This document shows, piece after piece, positions 20,741-31,193 of a DNA stretch of 64,000 bases. The stretch covers positions 117,589-181,588 of IMG/VR virus record IMGVR_UViG_3300027754_000039; one strand, written 5' to 3'. The translations under genes were made by a program, and so were the position numbers. The stretch comes from a virus. Below the pieces are notes generated by a model. It ran no database searches and was not told the DNA's origin. It was given only the letters and a program-made list of their open reading frames with translations. Each line of letters starts with the position of its first letter. Positions within the stretch are counted from its first letter, which is position 1.

Positions 20741-21514
20741 TTATTTAAAAATAAAGAAAGTTACGTCACCGATCATATAATCTGTGCGACAAACTACTTT
20801 AGTATATTTACTAACTAAATAAGTTAACCAATCAGCTGTGTTATGCACAATTAATTGATCAATATCGGATTGGTTCATATCGGCAGGAAGCCCTGTCAAT
20901 AAATTAAATGCAACTCCGATAGTAGCATTCTCATACATTTTATCAATTACCGTTTTACCATATTCAAACATATCAGGATGATCGTTTAAATTGAACAATC
21001 CAGAACCAAATACCCAATCATGTTGATTAAGAGTGGTTGCAGTAAGAATGTCATTCCCAGATAATTTATTTAAAAGCACGGGATATTTTCTTTCAGCAAC
21101 TGAAATCATATTTGCATTGAAATCTATGCCTGTATAATTAATATCATCTTGCTCAGGAAAGAATCTACGCAGGTATCCATATAAGTCAGCACGCCCACAG
21201 CCTACATCTAATACAGAATAGCTAGGTGAGTAAAATAACAGCAATGCCGAAAAAAGTAATTCTTGTTCATTAGTGGACATCCATCCAGCAATTTCAGGAG
21301 CATTTAATAAATAATCTTCCGAAAAATCATCTAGATTAGCAAGCTCAGATGCTACTTCTTTTTTAGGTTCTTCTATAGCCTTATTTTCTTCGTTTTCTAA
21401 AATCTTAAAATCTTCTAATGAAGCTTGCTCAAAGTCTTGAAGCATTTGAGCTTCTTCCTCTGCAATTTTAATTTCTATTGACTCTTTTTTCGAGCCAAAA
21501 AGGTTTTTAAACAT
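20741..21514 (-). CDS. Class I SAM-dependent methyltransferase
   Basis: VLDVGCGRADL...YTGIDF...DWVFGSGLFN. Confidence 0.85.
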   Translation of the reverse strand: MFKNLFGSKKESIEIKIAEEEAQMLQDFEQASLEDFKILENEENKAIEEPKKEVASELANLDDFSEDYLLNAPEIAGWMSTNEQELLFSALLLFYSPSYSVLDVGCGRADLYGYLRRFFPEQDDINYTGIDFNANMISVAERKYPVLLNKLSGNDILTATTLNQHDWVFGSGLFNLNDHPDMFEYGKTVIDKMYENATIGVAFNLLTGLPADMNQSDIDQLIVHNTADWLTYLVSKYTKVVCRTDYMIGDVTFFIFK

Positions 21515-21528
21515 AACTTTTTAATTTA

Positions 21529-23425
21529 TTAATAAATATGATATTCTTTTGTTTTTCGCGATTCTCTAACAGATTCTGTCTTTGATCTTCTAGCTTCTAC
21601 TCGAGCAATTTTATTTTCCATATTCATTCCTTCAATTCGTAAAGGATGAGTTCTGTTTAAATTTTGATTGGACTTTGCTCCTATTTGTGCCATTTCCCAA
21701 GCTTTAATAGGATTGGTAGTAGGCAATATACACCACTCAGCTAAAATGTCTTTTGGTTGCAAACCATCCTGCTCCTGCATAATAGTATAGTGAGTTTTAC
21801 CAATAGCAGTTAAATATGCTCCTGGGTATTGCTTACACACCTTTTTCTTGTATTTTTCAATTAGTTTCTTCTCCTGTACTGACAGTTTATTCATGATATA
21901 ATACTTTATATACGTTAATGTTTAAGATTGTTATAGGGTTAGGAATTAATAATTATGGATAAATAAATTCCTGAATAAGATCCTATTACAGATCCTATTA
22001 CATACCCTATCCATTGATGAAATGCATCTCCGGATTGAGCAATTTTTCTAATTACAAAAAAGTTCATCGAAGCAATTAAAAAATCTGCCAATGCGGCTTC
22101 ATGATAATGCAACAAAGCAATTGCTCGATAATTTACACATATTAATGAATAAAGTACAATTTGTATTACTGCTAAAATAACAGCTTCTTTAATTTTAACT
22201 TTCATTAATCTTCAATTTTCAATTCTTGATTGACAGTCTTAATTAAAAGAAAATCTTCTTTGGATTTCTTTTCCAACGACGCTTTTTTAGTTTCAGCATG
22301 CTGCTTACTAATAAAAGTTCCAATGACAGCATCGCCTTCTTTAAGTGCCCAGCAAGCTCCAAATTTTTCATTGGTAGTTGGCACAATACGGTATTTAGAT
22401 TTTTTTGGCATCATATTATTTTACGTTAACGATATCATCTCTGTGAACAAAACTTACTTTTGATGCGTCTTTCTTTACAGCAATTTTCACAGCTAATTCC
22501 ATTAAGTCATTGAAATTGAATTCATAAGAAACGTCTGTCACTCGAAACAACTCTCCTTCTACATAATAGAATAATTGTTCTTTATTTAAAATAATTCCAT
22601 AGATGCCGAATTTCACAGCATTTGTTTTAACTTGGTCTGCCATATATTTATTTTTTATTTTCTATATATAAAAATAATTAATTACTTTCATAATACCAAA
22701 TTTTCTTTTGGATATTTTAAGATTTCTTTTGAAATTATTAGTGTAATGTATCCTTTTGAATTAAAGTATCCAAATGAATTACAGGCTGAATGGAATCTAT
22801 TATTTTTATTTTTTTCTTTTTAATAGGCTTAACTGGTTCTGGTTCTTTAATTGTGTCTATTATAATTTCTTTTGGCTTTATGTTAATGAGAGCTACTTTG
22901 TGAACTTCAGGAATTTGAATATTAGCTGGTCGAGAACTTACAAAAGCTACAATAATAAAAATAATTACAGGCATTGACAATAATGTCAATCCTAAATAAA
23001 ACAAAGAATTAAATTTTTTCATCGGATAGATTTTTAAATATATTCGCTAGCGAATGCTTAACATTGGAACGAATTTCCATTTCCATAGCTTCTCTACGCT
23101 TTTCAACTTCAATGTCAAACATTCTAATAATAGTTTCCATTGGTTTACCCCACATACTAATATTATAAGAGTATTGATGATTAACGATTGTAATTAAATT
23201 TGACTCAATGATAATAAATAATTGCTCATCGTGACTTTTTATATATCGCTTACCTGATATAGGAGAAAGTAATAACACGCTAGATTCTTTATGAATAAGT
23301 GCTTTGCAAACTGAAATACATTCTCTTTCATATTCCGATTTTTCATGTTGATTTGGCTTAGATTGAGTAGCCTTTAACACTTTAAGTGCTACTTTTTGTA
23401 CAAATCTTTTTATTTTATGCATCAT
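21529..23425 (-). CDS. Six small hypothetical genes (21529-21894, 21939-22205, 22205-22414, 22416-22643, 22738-23022, 23009-23425)
   Basis: Tiled minus-strand ORFs; 21939-22205 and 22738-23022 contain hydrophobic segments. Confidence 0.55.
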
Positions 23426-23438
23426 AACTTTTTATTTA

Positions 23439-23753
23439 TTAATGGCGAGGTACTACTATTTCTACTTTTTGTCTAGGGTGCAATGTATGCACAAATTTAA
23501 TTAGCTCATCAGTCTTAACATTAAAATACAATTGAGTTATAGATAGTTCTTGAATTGGTTTAGCAAATTTGCCATGTACTGGATTCAATTCATATTCTGA
23601 ATGGTCATAATAAGCAACTGACTTAGCATTATAAAAGATAGTGTCATTTTTTGTTGACCATTTTACAAATTCAGCTTTACTGATAATCTCTTTATCAACT
23701 GAACAACTTCCTAGAGCTATTGCAAGCCCTATAATCATTAATTGTTTTTTCAT
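23439..23753 (-). CDS. Putative lipoprotein
   Basis: MKKQLMIIGLAIALGS^C lipobox. Confidence 0.65.
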   Translation of the reverse strand: MKKQLMIIGLAIALGSCSVDKEIISKAEFVKWSTKNDTIFYNAKSVAYYDHSEYELNPVHGKFAKPIQELSITQLYFNVKTDELIKFVHTLHPRQKVEIVVPRH

Positions 23754-23771
23754 AATCTATTTATTTATTAG

Positions 23772-23793
23772 TAGTCAGGACAGCTATCTGACT
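23772..23793 (-). pseudogene. Minihelix remnant of the AGTCAGG tRNA-like family
   Basis: AGTCAG-ATAGCTGTC-CTGACT-A: acceptor stem only. Confidence 0.55.
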
Positions 23794-23908
23794 AAATTAA
23801 TATTCTAGCAATAAGTCCTAAGACAAACCCCAGTATCAGAACAGTGTATACTTCCTTTTTCCATTTGGAATATTCTTTATCAAAATCTTTCATATTTTTT
23901 AATTTTAG

Positions 23909-23979
23909 TAGTCAGGACAGGATTCGAACCTGTACATTTAGAGCAGCGCCCTTTGTGTTTACCGTTTCACCACCTGACT
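23909..23979 (-). ncRNA. tRNA-like RNA A (non-canonical anticodon arm)
   Basis: Acceptor AGTCAGG/CCTGACT + A73; D arm GTGA..ACAC; T arm ACAGG-TTCGAAT-CCTGT; the anticodon arm is only AGGGC-GCT-GCTCT. Confidence 0.75.
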
Positions 23980-24197
23980 ATGGTGGGATCGCTATTTTTA
24001 AAGTAGGTGCTCTCCCACGAACTACTACCTTTTTCTGTTTATTGTTGAGTTACAAAAGATAAACGTCACCCAATCTCACCCTCCTTATAAATCCTTCCTG
24101 TGCACAGAACAAGAAACTGGGGAGGTGTTGTTTCTACTTTTCAGAGGCTTAATCTCCCTCATTTGACCGTTTAGCAGGTTGAAGCTGCACTTTGGCG

Positions 24198-24269
24198 TAC
24201 TCCCAAGCAGAATCGAACTGCCGTTTCATCCGTGAAAGGGACGTGTCCTAACCCCTAGACGATAGGAGC
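24198..24269 (-). tRNA. tRNA-Glu (TTC)
   Basis: GCTCCTA/TGGGAGT acceptor; CGTCC-CTTTCAC-GGATG anticodon arm; GGCAG-TTCGATT-CTGCT T arm; A73; CCA not directly encoded. Confidence 0.9.
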
Positions 24270-24272
24270 ATA

Positions 24273-24407
24273 TTAACGCTTATGAAAGCCTTTGGTCTTA
24301 ATATGTCTTTCAGGTTTACGCGTTTCTTCTTTTTTCTTAGTCTTTAAAGTCTCCATCCACTGCGTAAGACATTCAATTTTTAATTTTGTGTTTTTTACCT
24401 TTGCCAT
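24273..24407 (-). CDS. Small basic protein (44 aa)
   Basis: Manually translated MAKVKNTKLK...KGFHKR*. Confidence 0.45.
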   Translation of the reverse strand: MAKVKNTKLKIECLTQWMETLKTKKKEETRKPERHIKTKGFHKR

Positions 24408-24420
24408 GTTTTTTTATTTT

Positions 24421-24954
24421 TTAGTTATTAATCCAAACGTACTGTTTATTTAAGATGCGATTAGCATATTGGTTTATACGAGGTTTGCCAGTATTATAAG
24501 CTCCAAAAGCTAAGCCCCAATTTTGATATTTAGTATGTAATGTATTTAATAATTTCATTGAAATCATTACATTTAAATCAATATTAGAACGTAATTTATT
24601 TTTTTCAACTGCAGTGCCATATACCATCTTTGCTGTTGCTGGCATTATTTGCATTGGGCCTAAAGCTCCACATACAGATTGCTGTCTATGATTATAAAGA
24701 CTATCTAACGGGCCTTTGTATCTAGTTTCTTGATATGCTAATGAAAATGCATATTCTTCTGGAATATTATATTCTAAAGAATATTTTTTAATATAAAAAT
24801 ACATTTGTTTAGCTGGAGGAGACGTTGTAATTGTAATACTATCATATCCTAATAAATAAGGATCTGTGAACCCTATAGATTTTGTATTATTTAATGATAT
24901 TGAGCTATACAAAGCGACGCCCAAAGTTACTGCGACTGCTGTTAATTTAATCAT
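24421..24954 (-). CDS. Lytic transglycosylase (SLT domain) with N-terminal signal/anchor
   Basis: LAYQET (catalytic Glu), GPMQIMPATA, GAYNTG. Start moved to MIKLTAVAV. Confidence 0.85.
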   Translation of the reverse strand: MIKLTAVAVTLGVALYSSISLNNTKSIGFTDPYLLGYDSITITTSPPAKQMYFYIKKYSLEYNIPEEYAFSLAYQETRYKGPLDSLYNHRQQSVCGALGPMQIMPATAKMVYGTAVEKNKLRSNIDLNVMISMKLLNTLHTKYQNWGLAFGAYNTGKPRINQYANRILNKQYVWINN

Positions 24955-24985
24955 AACTTTTTTATTTTTAATAATTAAATATATA

Positions 24986-25252
24986 TTATTCATTTGTATT
25001 ATCCAAATTTTCTTTTGACCGATCCCAAATATTTGCAAACCTTTCAGATCCATTTATTCCTATATGCACATACTTAGTACCGTCATGTATTGACTGTGCT
25101 TTGTAAATCCATCGCTCTCCATTTTTCTTAAGCTCTAAAATTTTACAAACATAGTCGGCGGTTAAAAAAGTTACTGTAACAGTGTCTCCTATTTTAAAAG
25201 AAGGCTTTTTCATTTTCTCCGGAGGAGCTGTTTCTCTTTTCTTTTTAGCCAT
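24986..25252 (-). CDS. Small SH3/KOW-like hypothetical protein
   Basis: FKIGDTVTV followed by short beta strands. Confidence 0.45.
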   Translation of the reverse strand: MAKKKRETAPPEKMKKPSFKIGDTVTVTFLTADYVCKILELKKNGERWIYKAQSIHDGTKYVHIGINGSERFANIWDRSKENLDNTNE

Positions 25253-26538
25253 TATACAGTTCTTTTATTACCATGAATTACCTTTACCGTCGGAAATCTT
25301 AAACTATAATTTCCTGATTGGTTTTGAGTTTCTTCGAAATATTTAACGGTAATTATTTTATCAAGTATTTCATTTGGATTAGCTTTAAAGAACTCACGCT
25401 CTTCAATAGTAAAGCCAGATCCTACTGAAACTCTATTACCTTTATGCTCTATTACTACATTGGATAAAACATCTTTTGTAATTTCCAATCCATTCTCAAT
25501 CATTCTAAAAGGACCAAACTCTAAATCAATTACTGTATATTCAGCATCGTGAAATGATTTACACTTAAGCATATTTTTAGTACGTTTACCTTCATAAACA
25601 CGATTTTTACGCAGGATCAATCCTTCCCAACCTTTATTATCCGCTGATGTCATTAAGTCGGTAAATTGTCCAGGTTCTGTGATGATTTCCTGGGTTACCA
25701 ACTCTAAATACTTCATATCCTTAATTAACTTACATAAAGCATGGTATCTTAAAGAGTAGCTGCTAGCTCCTATCTTATCTCTGAATTCTTGACCTGTGAT
25801 AATATCAAATACTAAATACTTAGGATTGTCAATAGTATGATCCTTCTTACGAATTTGTTTCATAACACCTTGAAAGTCATCTGACCCGTCTTTGTTAGTT
25901 AAGCAAATTTCTCCGTCAAGCACTACATCCTTCATTCCTAAGCTAGCAATTTCATCTTCAACCTTTTTAAGAGTTTCAAATTGGTTACCTTGACGAGACC
26001 AAAGTGATACTTTGCCATTTTCATCTACAACACCTAAGCACCTTACTCCATCTAATTTTCTAGAAGCATACCAAGTATCTGCTGCAAAATCAACTTCTAC
26101 ATCTTCAAATGGAGTTGCTAATGCGACATCAAAGGTTGGAATTAAATCTGGAATGATTTTGTTAATTAAACTATCACCCATTCTAATTTCCAAATCCTTA
26201 CCAATAATCTTATAAATTAAATTTTTAAATTCTTCATGCTCGTAGCAAAAGTTATTTACAGAATTAATAGCTTTGTGACCAGTTACTTCTCGCTTACGTA
26301 AAATGTCAAGCATTTCAAACAAGTCCTTAAACTCATACAACACACCTAAGTCTTCACTGTAATTCTTTTCAAGAGTAGCCGGCGTTACATAATATTGATA
26401 AAATGGATTATATGTATAATACAATACCTTTTTAATGAACTCGTCATCTTTATACTTTTCCAAAATGACCTTTTTGTCATTTGTACTATTAGTTGAATTA
26501 AGCTCATCAACTACCTTTTGTAACAATTTAAAATCCAT
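25252..26538 (-). CDS. lig: ATP-dependent DNA ligase
   Basis: SRKLDGVRC (KxDG), VLDGE, FDI, EGLILR, KCKSFHDAE, LRFP; host-type promoter at 26562-26593. Confidence 0.93.
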   Translation of the reverse strand: MDFKLLQKVVDELNSTNSTNDKKVILEKYKDDEFIKKVLYYTYNPFYQYYVTPATLEKNYSEDLGVLYEFKDLFEMLDILRKREVTGHKAINSVNNFCYEHEEFKNLIYKIIGKDLEIRMGDSLINKIIPDLIPTFDVALATPFEDVEVDFAADTWYASRKLDGVRCLGVVDENGKVSLWSRQGNQFETLKKVEDEIASLGMKDVVLDGEICLTNKDGSDDFQGVMKQIRKKDHTIDNPKYLVFDIITGQEFRDKIGASSYSLRYHALCKLIKDMKYLELVTQEIITEPGQFTDLMTSADNKGWEGLILRKNRVYEGKRTKNMLKCKSFHDAEYTVIDLEFGPFRMIENGLEITKDVLSNVVIEHKGNRVSVGSGFTIEEREFFKANPNEILDKIITVKYFEETQNQSGNYSLRFPTVKVIHGNKRTV

Positions 26539-26599
26539 ATCTTATTATTTTTGTCTATACATTAAGATAAGATATCCTTTTCAATGTACCAAATTTATT

Positions 26600-26815
26600 T
26601 TAAAGATTTTCAAAAGAATTATCTATGCATTTAGATTTCAAATGAATTACTAAATTCCTTTTGGTTTCCAAATTTAAATCAGTATAGGTATTTAACCATG
26701 ACTCGAATTGTGATACTAATTTAGTAGACGTTCTCCATTGATCAATGGAATTAGAAGAGTTGATTATTTTTTCAACCCATTGTGTGATATACGTATAATT
26801 TGATTTTTTATCCAT
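26600..26815 (-). CDS. Hypothetical protein
   Basis: ORF with a host-type promoter layout upstream (about 26820-26851). Confidence 0.55.
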   Translation of the reverse strand: MDKKSNYTYITQWVEKIINSSNSIDQWRTSTKLVSQFESWLNTYTDLNLETKRNLVIHLKSKCIDNSFENL

Positions 26816-26852
26816 ACCCTAAATATAGGGTATTCATTTGGAAGTACCAAAT

Positions 26853-27284
26853 TTATTTTTTGATGGATCTTTCTCCTTTATGCTTGTCTATTTGATCAAG
26901 TATATTGTTTAGAAGCTTGGTTTTTATAAACCCTGCCATTGAGGCATTTTTAAGAGCACTGATGATTTGAAATATTAAAAATGGAGTTATGATAACTTCA
27001 CTTAACCAAGCAGTTCCGGTAAATCCTTTCTCTACCATTAGCGTAGCAGTTAATATAACAATCCAAGTAAATATATTTCTTAATACTTGAATGGCTTTAT
27101 AAGTCTTGAATCCTTCTCGTTTGATGCCGGCAATGATCCCAAAGAATCCGTCCATGAACATAACGGCTATCACTGCCATGTATTGTTCTATATTATTTGT
27201 CGTGACATCAAGTATATATGATAATACATATGCCGTTGATGCTGATATAGCGGCTATTAACCAGGAAAGTTTTGCACTAAACAT
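26853..27284 (-). CDS. Putative holin (phage holin family 4-like)
   Basis: Three TM helices; D.FFGIIAG and IISALKNASMAG motifs; basic C-terminal tail. Confidence 0.65.
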   Translation of the reverse strand: MFSAKLSWLIAAISASTAYVLSYILDVTTNNIEQYMAVIAVMFMDGFFGIIAGIKREGFKTYKAIQVLRNIFTWIVILTATLMVEKGFTGTAWLSEVIITPFLIFQIISALKNASMAGFIKTKLLNNILDQIDKHKGERSIKK

Positions 27285-27573
27285 TATTCTATTCTTAAGA
27301 AACGTTATTATTAATAATACAAAACTTTTGTAATAATTTTATTATAAATATCGTAATAAAATAAATTAATTGAATTTATTAATTGTTATTTTACAAAATC
27401 AGTATATAGGTTTTCAAGCTCGGAAATTATACCCAGTAATGCTATTAGTAATATACTAGCTATTCCAATTTTATCTAATACTGATTTCATATTTTGCCCC
27501 ATCCTTGGTGAATCCCACATTTAATTCTATACGACTCGATTATTGCTAAAAAATTAATTATCTTTTTCATAAT

Positions 27574-28824
27574 CTAATTGCTTAAAGGTGCTTTAATACT
27601 TGGATGTGATTGATAATTACTTAATTGCAAATCTTCTTCTAATAAACATCTACAAAAGTTTTCATCGTTAAATGCTTCAAATACTTTAACAGCATCTAAC
27701 GGTCCTTCACCACACTCACCACCTTCATAAGGCCAGAACTCTGTATTGATGTTTAATGTTGGTAGTTCAAATCTATCTCTACCAATCTGTTCTTTAGCTT
27801 GTTCAATATGATTTGAATATAAATGTGTATCACCTAAATTTCCAATCAATTCATCAGGAACCATATTAACAGCTTTAGCAATGATTTCTAATAACAATCC
27901 ATAAGATGCTATGTTAAATGGTAAACCAAGGAATGTATCTACTGAGCGTTGATTCCATATTAAAGAGATTGTTCTGGTTGGTATTTTGTAAGGTGTGTTA
28001 TCTACATTAGTAGGAACCATCATATCAGCTAAAGGCCCATATTTTTCTTTCCATATTGGAAGAGCTAGTTGATGTCTTTCTTCCATACTCAACTCTCTTG
28101 TATAAACTTGAAATCCATAATGACAAGGTGGAAGTGTCATTTGGTCTAATTCTCCAACATTCCAGCTATTAACCATTAATCGTCTTGAATCTGGATTTGT
28201 TTTAAGGTCGTTGATTAGGTTTGCGATTTGGTCTATTTGTTTAATTTCAACATCATACTTATGTTTTCTATAATTCATCATTCCGTCACGACTTACATAT
28301 GTGTTATGATTACTTAATTCATATGTTTCCCAACTTCTCCATTGCTTACCATAAATTGGACCTAACTCACCCCACTTTTTAGCAAACTCATCATCAGTTT
28401 TTATTTTGTTGATGAATTCTTCTTGTGTCAAATGACGAGTAGGGTGAGGAGATACTATAGAACGCCCATTTAACAAACACCAACCTTTATCCCTATTTTG
28501 ATAAAGAATGTTTGTATGATGGTCGTGTATTGTTGCTAGTGGATATTTTGTATAGTTCTTATAAGCATCACCATCCCATATATGGCAATCATTATCAACA
28601 AGGAATTTAATGTTAGTACTCCCTTGGAGGAACCATAACAACTCTGTTGCGATAAGCCGTAGTGGTATCTTTTTGGTTGTGAGTAAAGGAAACCCATCAC
28701 TCATTTTATGACGAATCTGTCTTCCGAATATACTTAAAACCTCACCATTACGAGTATTCTTCTTCACTCCATTATCTAAGATGTCTTGGAGTAGGTCTGT
28801 GTACTGTTTATCTAGGTTGTTCAT
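27574..28824 (-). CDS. thyA: Thymidylate synthase with large insertions
   Basis: GFPLLTTKK, ELLWFLQG, LGPIYGKQWR, PDSRRLMV, LPPCH, QRSVDTFLGLPFNIASY, GDTHLYSNH. Confidence 0.95.
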   Translation of the reverse strand: MNNLDKQYTDLLQDILDNGVKKNTRNGEVLSIFGRQIRHKMSDGFPLLTTKKIPLRLIATELLWFLQGSTNIKFLVDNDCHIWDGDAYKNYTKYPLATIHDHHTNILYQNRDKGWCLLNGRSIVSPHPTRHLTQEEFINKIKTDDEFAKKWGELGPIYGKQWRSWETYELSNHNTYVSRDGMMNYRKHKYDVEIKQIDQIANLINDLKTNPDSRRLMVNSWNVGELDQMTLPPCHYGFQVYTRELSMEERHQLALPIWKEKYGPLADMMVPTNVDNTPYKIPTRTISLIWNQRSVDTFLGLPFNIASYGLLLEIIAKAVNMVPDELIGNLGDTHLYSNHIEQAKEQIGRDRFELPTLNINTEFWPYEGGECGEGPLDAVKVFEAFNDENFCRCLLEEDLQLSNYQSHPSIKAPLSN

Positions 28825-29473
28825 TTTGCTTGTATTGTAGTAACATTAACTAACTCAGGTAGTTTACCTTCGGTTGATATTAATTTTTGATATTTTTCAT
28901 CTCCAACTATACCATCTATAGTCCATTCAGTTTTAATACCATTTTCATATAGTGGTATTGAGTATGTTGAAGGTAAGGGTTTAATAAACTCTTTACCATT
29001 TAAGTCCCATTTTTTATCTAGGTTGTTCATCTTTATTTAGTTTAGCAAATTTATGGATTGGTTTAAAATTGTCGTAAGGCATAAATTGTTCTATTATTTC
29101 AAATTCTACTTCTAGTCCATCATAGCTAGCATCAGTATCGCGTATGAATAATCCGGCAGCGTCATCAGGATGTAATGGTAGCATTCTTATACCATTTCCA
29201 TTTTTAGTGGTTGTGTCTGCCCACCATACCACCCAGTCAGCCGGTTCTATTCGTTTTACTAAACTACCTTTCATATTTTATTCTGTATATGGTTTCGTGA
29301 TTATTTTCTTTTACTACTTTTATATATTCCTTATTAAAATCATATGACTCTAAGTTATCCCACCTATCACTAAAACTTACTGTTGTTAGATTTGGTTCAA
29401 AGCTTTTTCCCCTAAGTCGAACTTCTTCCATATACTGATTTAGTTCAGATTGGGTTTTAATTAGTCTGACCAT
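28821..29473 (-). CDS. Three small hypothetical genes (28821-29030, 29014-29274, 29264-29473)
   Basis: Overlapping tiled ORFs; the first shares its first 18 nt with thyA. Confidence 0.55.
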
Positions 29474-29606
29474 TAATAATCTCGTTTAATCGTTTAATTT
29501 CAGCGATTACATCATCACCTAATTCTATTTTGGACATCATTGTTAAGTCCATTACTTGAGAGTGTAATACTTTGATTAACTCATCTTTTGCTTCTTCTTT
29601 GTTCAT
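29457..29606 (-). CDS. Small protein (49 aa), paralog of the C-terminus of 63598-63960
   Basis: Manually translated MNKEEAKDELIKVLHSQVMDLTMMSKIELGDDVIAEIKRLNEIINGQTN*. Confidence 0.7.
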   Translation of the reverse strand: MNKEEAKDELIKVLHSQVMDLTMMSKIELGDDVIAEIKRLNEIINGQTN

Positions 29607-29630
29607 AACTTATTTGTTTAATTTTAAAGT

Positions 29631-29655
29631 AAAAGGGCGGGATCCTTGCCCCGCC
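29631..29655 (-). terminator. Intrinsic terminator
   Basis: GGCGGG-GCAAGGAT-CCCGCC-CTTTT downstream of the lipoprotein gene. Confidence 0.7.
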
Positions 29656-29672
29656 TCTTAAATCATCTTAAC

Positions 29673-29849
29673 TTAGTTAACTGAAGTCGTGTCTACTGCT
29701 AATACTGACTCAGTTGTGATAGCAACTGTAGTGTCACAAGCAACAGCACAAGAATCAACCGGAGTTGTTTCAGAAGCTGGAGCGTTTGAACTACAAGAAG
29801 CGAATAATGCAACTGCAGCAATAGCTAGAACGAAAATTGAATTTTTCAT
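29673..29849 (-). CDS. Small Thr/Ala/Asp-rich lipoprotein (58 aa)
   Basis: Manually translated MKNSIFVLAIAAVALFAS^CSSNAPASETTPVDSCAVACDTTVAITTESVLAVDTTSVN*. Confidence 0.8.
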   Translation of the reverse strand: MKNSIFVLAIAAVALFASCSSNAPASETTPVDSCAVACDTTVAITTESVLAVDTTSVN

Positions 29850-29902
29850 TTTTCTTTTTTATTAATTGTTAAACATAAATATAAGGTACCTTTCTTATAT
29901 CG

Positions 29903-30273
29903 TGGACCCGGAGAGATTCGAACTCTCGTCCAAATTAAGTACTTCAATAAATTCATTTACAAGCTTAGTCTTGTTTTTCTAAACAGACAAAATAATCAAT
30001 TTTTTGGATCTTTAGAGAAATTGATAAAAACTGTGCAACCAGATAAGTCAGGCCTACTTCACTGTTTGTGCCCTTCTGTTCCTAGGATAGACACACCCCG
30101 TTAACTATGCTGCTATTGCAACTTCGTTGCTTACGAAAGACAATGCGTCTTCGAAAGTGAAATCAGAGATTTCGTTTGCGTTTAAGCTTTTATATAGGTT
30201 ATTAAAGAGTTTCCAATACTAACTCTGCTTGCATTTAAAGTAATACGCTTAACTGTCAAAACCGGTCGGGCCC
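29903..30273 (-). ncRNA. ssrA: tmRNA
   Basis: 5' GGGCCCG pairs with 3' CGGGTCC-A including G3-U70; T arm GAGAG-TTCGAAT-CTCTC; tag ORF 30105-30179 reads ANEISDFTFEDALSFVSNEVAIAA*; promoter at 30286-30317. Confidence 0.95.
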
Positions 30274-30322
30274 ATATTACTAGTATAAATATATAAATTT
30301 CTTATGAAACTTCCAAATTAAA

Positions 30323-30709
30323 TTAATAATTCGGATCTATTTCATCATCTTCAAAAAGAAGACCTTCATCTTTAGTTACATCTTCTTCAACTACTACAGG
30401 CTCTTCAATTAAAGAGTTAGATATTGAAGGAATATTAATGATATCATCACTAACATCAGGAATGTAAGTTTCATCAATTTTATATTTCTTATAAAACAAC
30501 CGAGTTAAATAAGTGTCAATACATTGATTCATTGCCACATCTACCTGCAGTTCTGAATATACTTTAGTGTCTTCACATAGAACATCGTATGTAAACTTTT
30601 TTCCAACTGGTCGAGCAAAGACTACCTTGCCTACTAATTTTCGCTCACCGAATCGTATTACTACAGGTTGGTTATTTGCGAATTTTCTTCTTTTAGATTG
30701 TCTTGCCAT
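30323..30709 (-). CDS. Hypothetical protein (SH3-like N-terminus, acidic tail)
   Basis: Tiled ORF. Confidence 0.5.
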   Translation of the reverse strand: MARQSKRRKFANNQPVVIRFGERKLVGKVVFARPVGKKFTYDVLCEDTKVYSELQVDVAMNQCIDTYLTRLFYKKYKIDETYIPDVSDDIINIPSISNSLIEEPVVVEEDVTKDEGLLFEDDEIDPNY

Positions 30710-30714
30710 AATAA

Positions 30715-30918
30715 TTATTCTGCGCTGTAAACGTCAATGATACGAGATTGAGAAACTGATTTCACTTCAAAGTCTTGAGGATAATCTTTAAACTTATCAT
30801 GTACAATTGCTTCTGCATCTGTTACTGACTCTGCTTTTACTAAATACGTTTCTGATTTTTTCTTTACATGACCTTTGTCATTTGTAAATTCTAATTTTAC
30901 TGTTGCTGTGTAATACAT
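30715..30918 (-). CDS. DUF4494-like protein
   Basis: YYTATVKLE...G.VKK..ETYLVKAESVTDAEA...FEVKSV..S.I.DVY pattern; start moved to MYYTAT. Confidence 0.7.
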   Translation of the reverse strand: MYYTATVKLEFTNDKGHVKKKSETYLVKAESVTDAEAIVHDKFKDYPQDFEVKSVSQSRIIDVYSAE

Positions 30919-30928
30919 ACTTTTTATT

Positions 30929-31141
30929 TTATTTGTTAAACGATTCAATGATTCCTTTGAATAATAATACTATGATTAGAGTGATGATAACTGCTACCGA
31001 TGGTATCCATAATGGCGCTGTTACCCACCACCAGGACCATTTAGCTACTTCACCCCAACCACCAAGCTTAAGTGTTAGAAATATAAGGAATAGAATTGTT
31101 CCTATACCAAAGCCTGTTGATGTTGTTTTGCTTTCTGCCAT
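30929..31141 (-). CDS. Small two-TM membrane protein
   Basis: GFGIGTILFLIFLTLKL...WSWWWVTAPLWIP; promoter at 31162-31193. Confidence 0.7.
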   Translation of the reverse strand: MAESKTTSTGFGIGTILFLIFLTLKLGGWGEVAKWSWWWVTAPLWIPSVAVIITLIIVLLFKGIIESFNK

Positions 31142-31193
31142 TTTATTTATTTTCTATATTGTAAAGATAAGATATTCTAATGTAAGTACCAAA

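Noticed and set aside
24193-24197. Encoded CCA end for tRNA-Glu
   Set aside because: The CCA lies two nucleotides beyond the expected position (A73-CG-CCA), so post-transcriptional CCA addition is assumed.
27574-28824. Intein or intron in thyA
   Set aside because: Insertions are short and in frame, with no Cys/Ser...His-Asn splice motifs or homing endonuclease.
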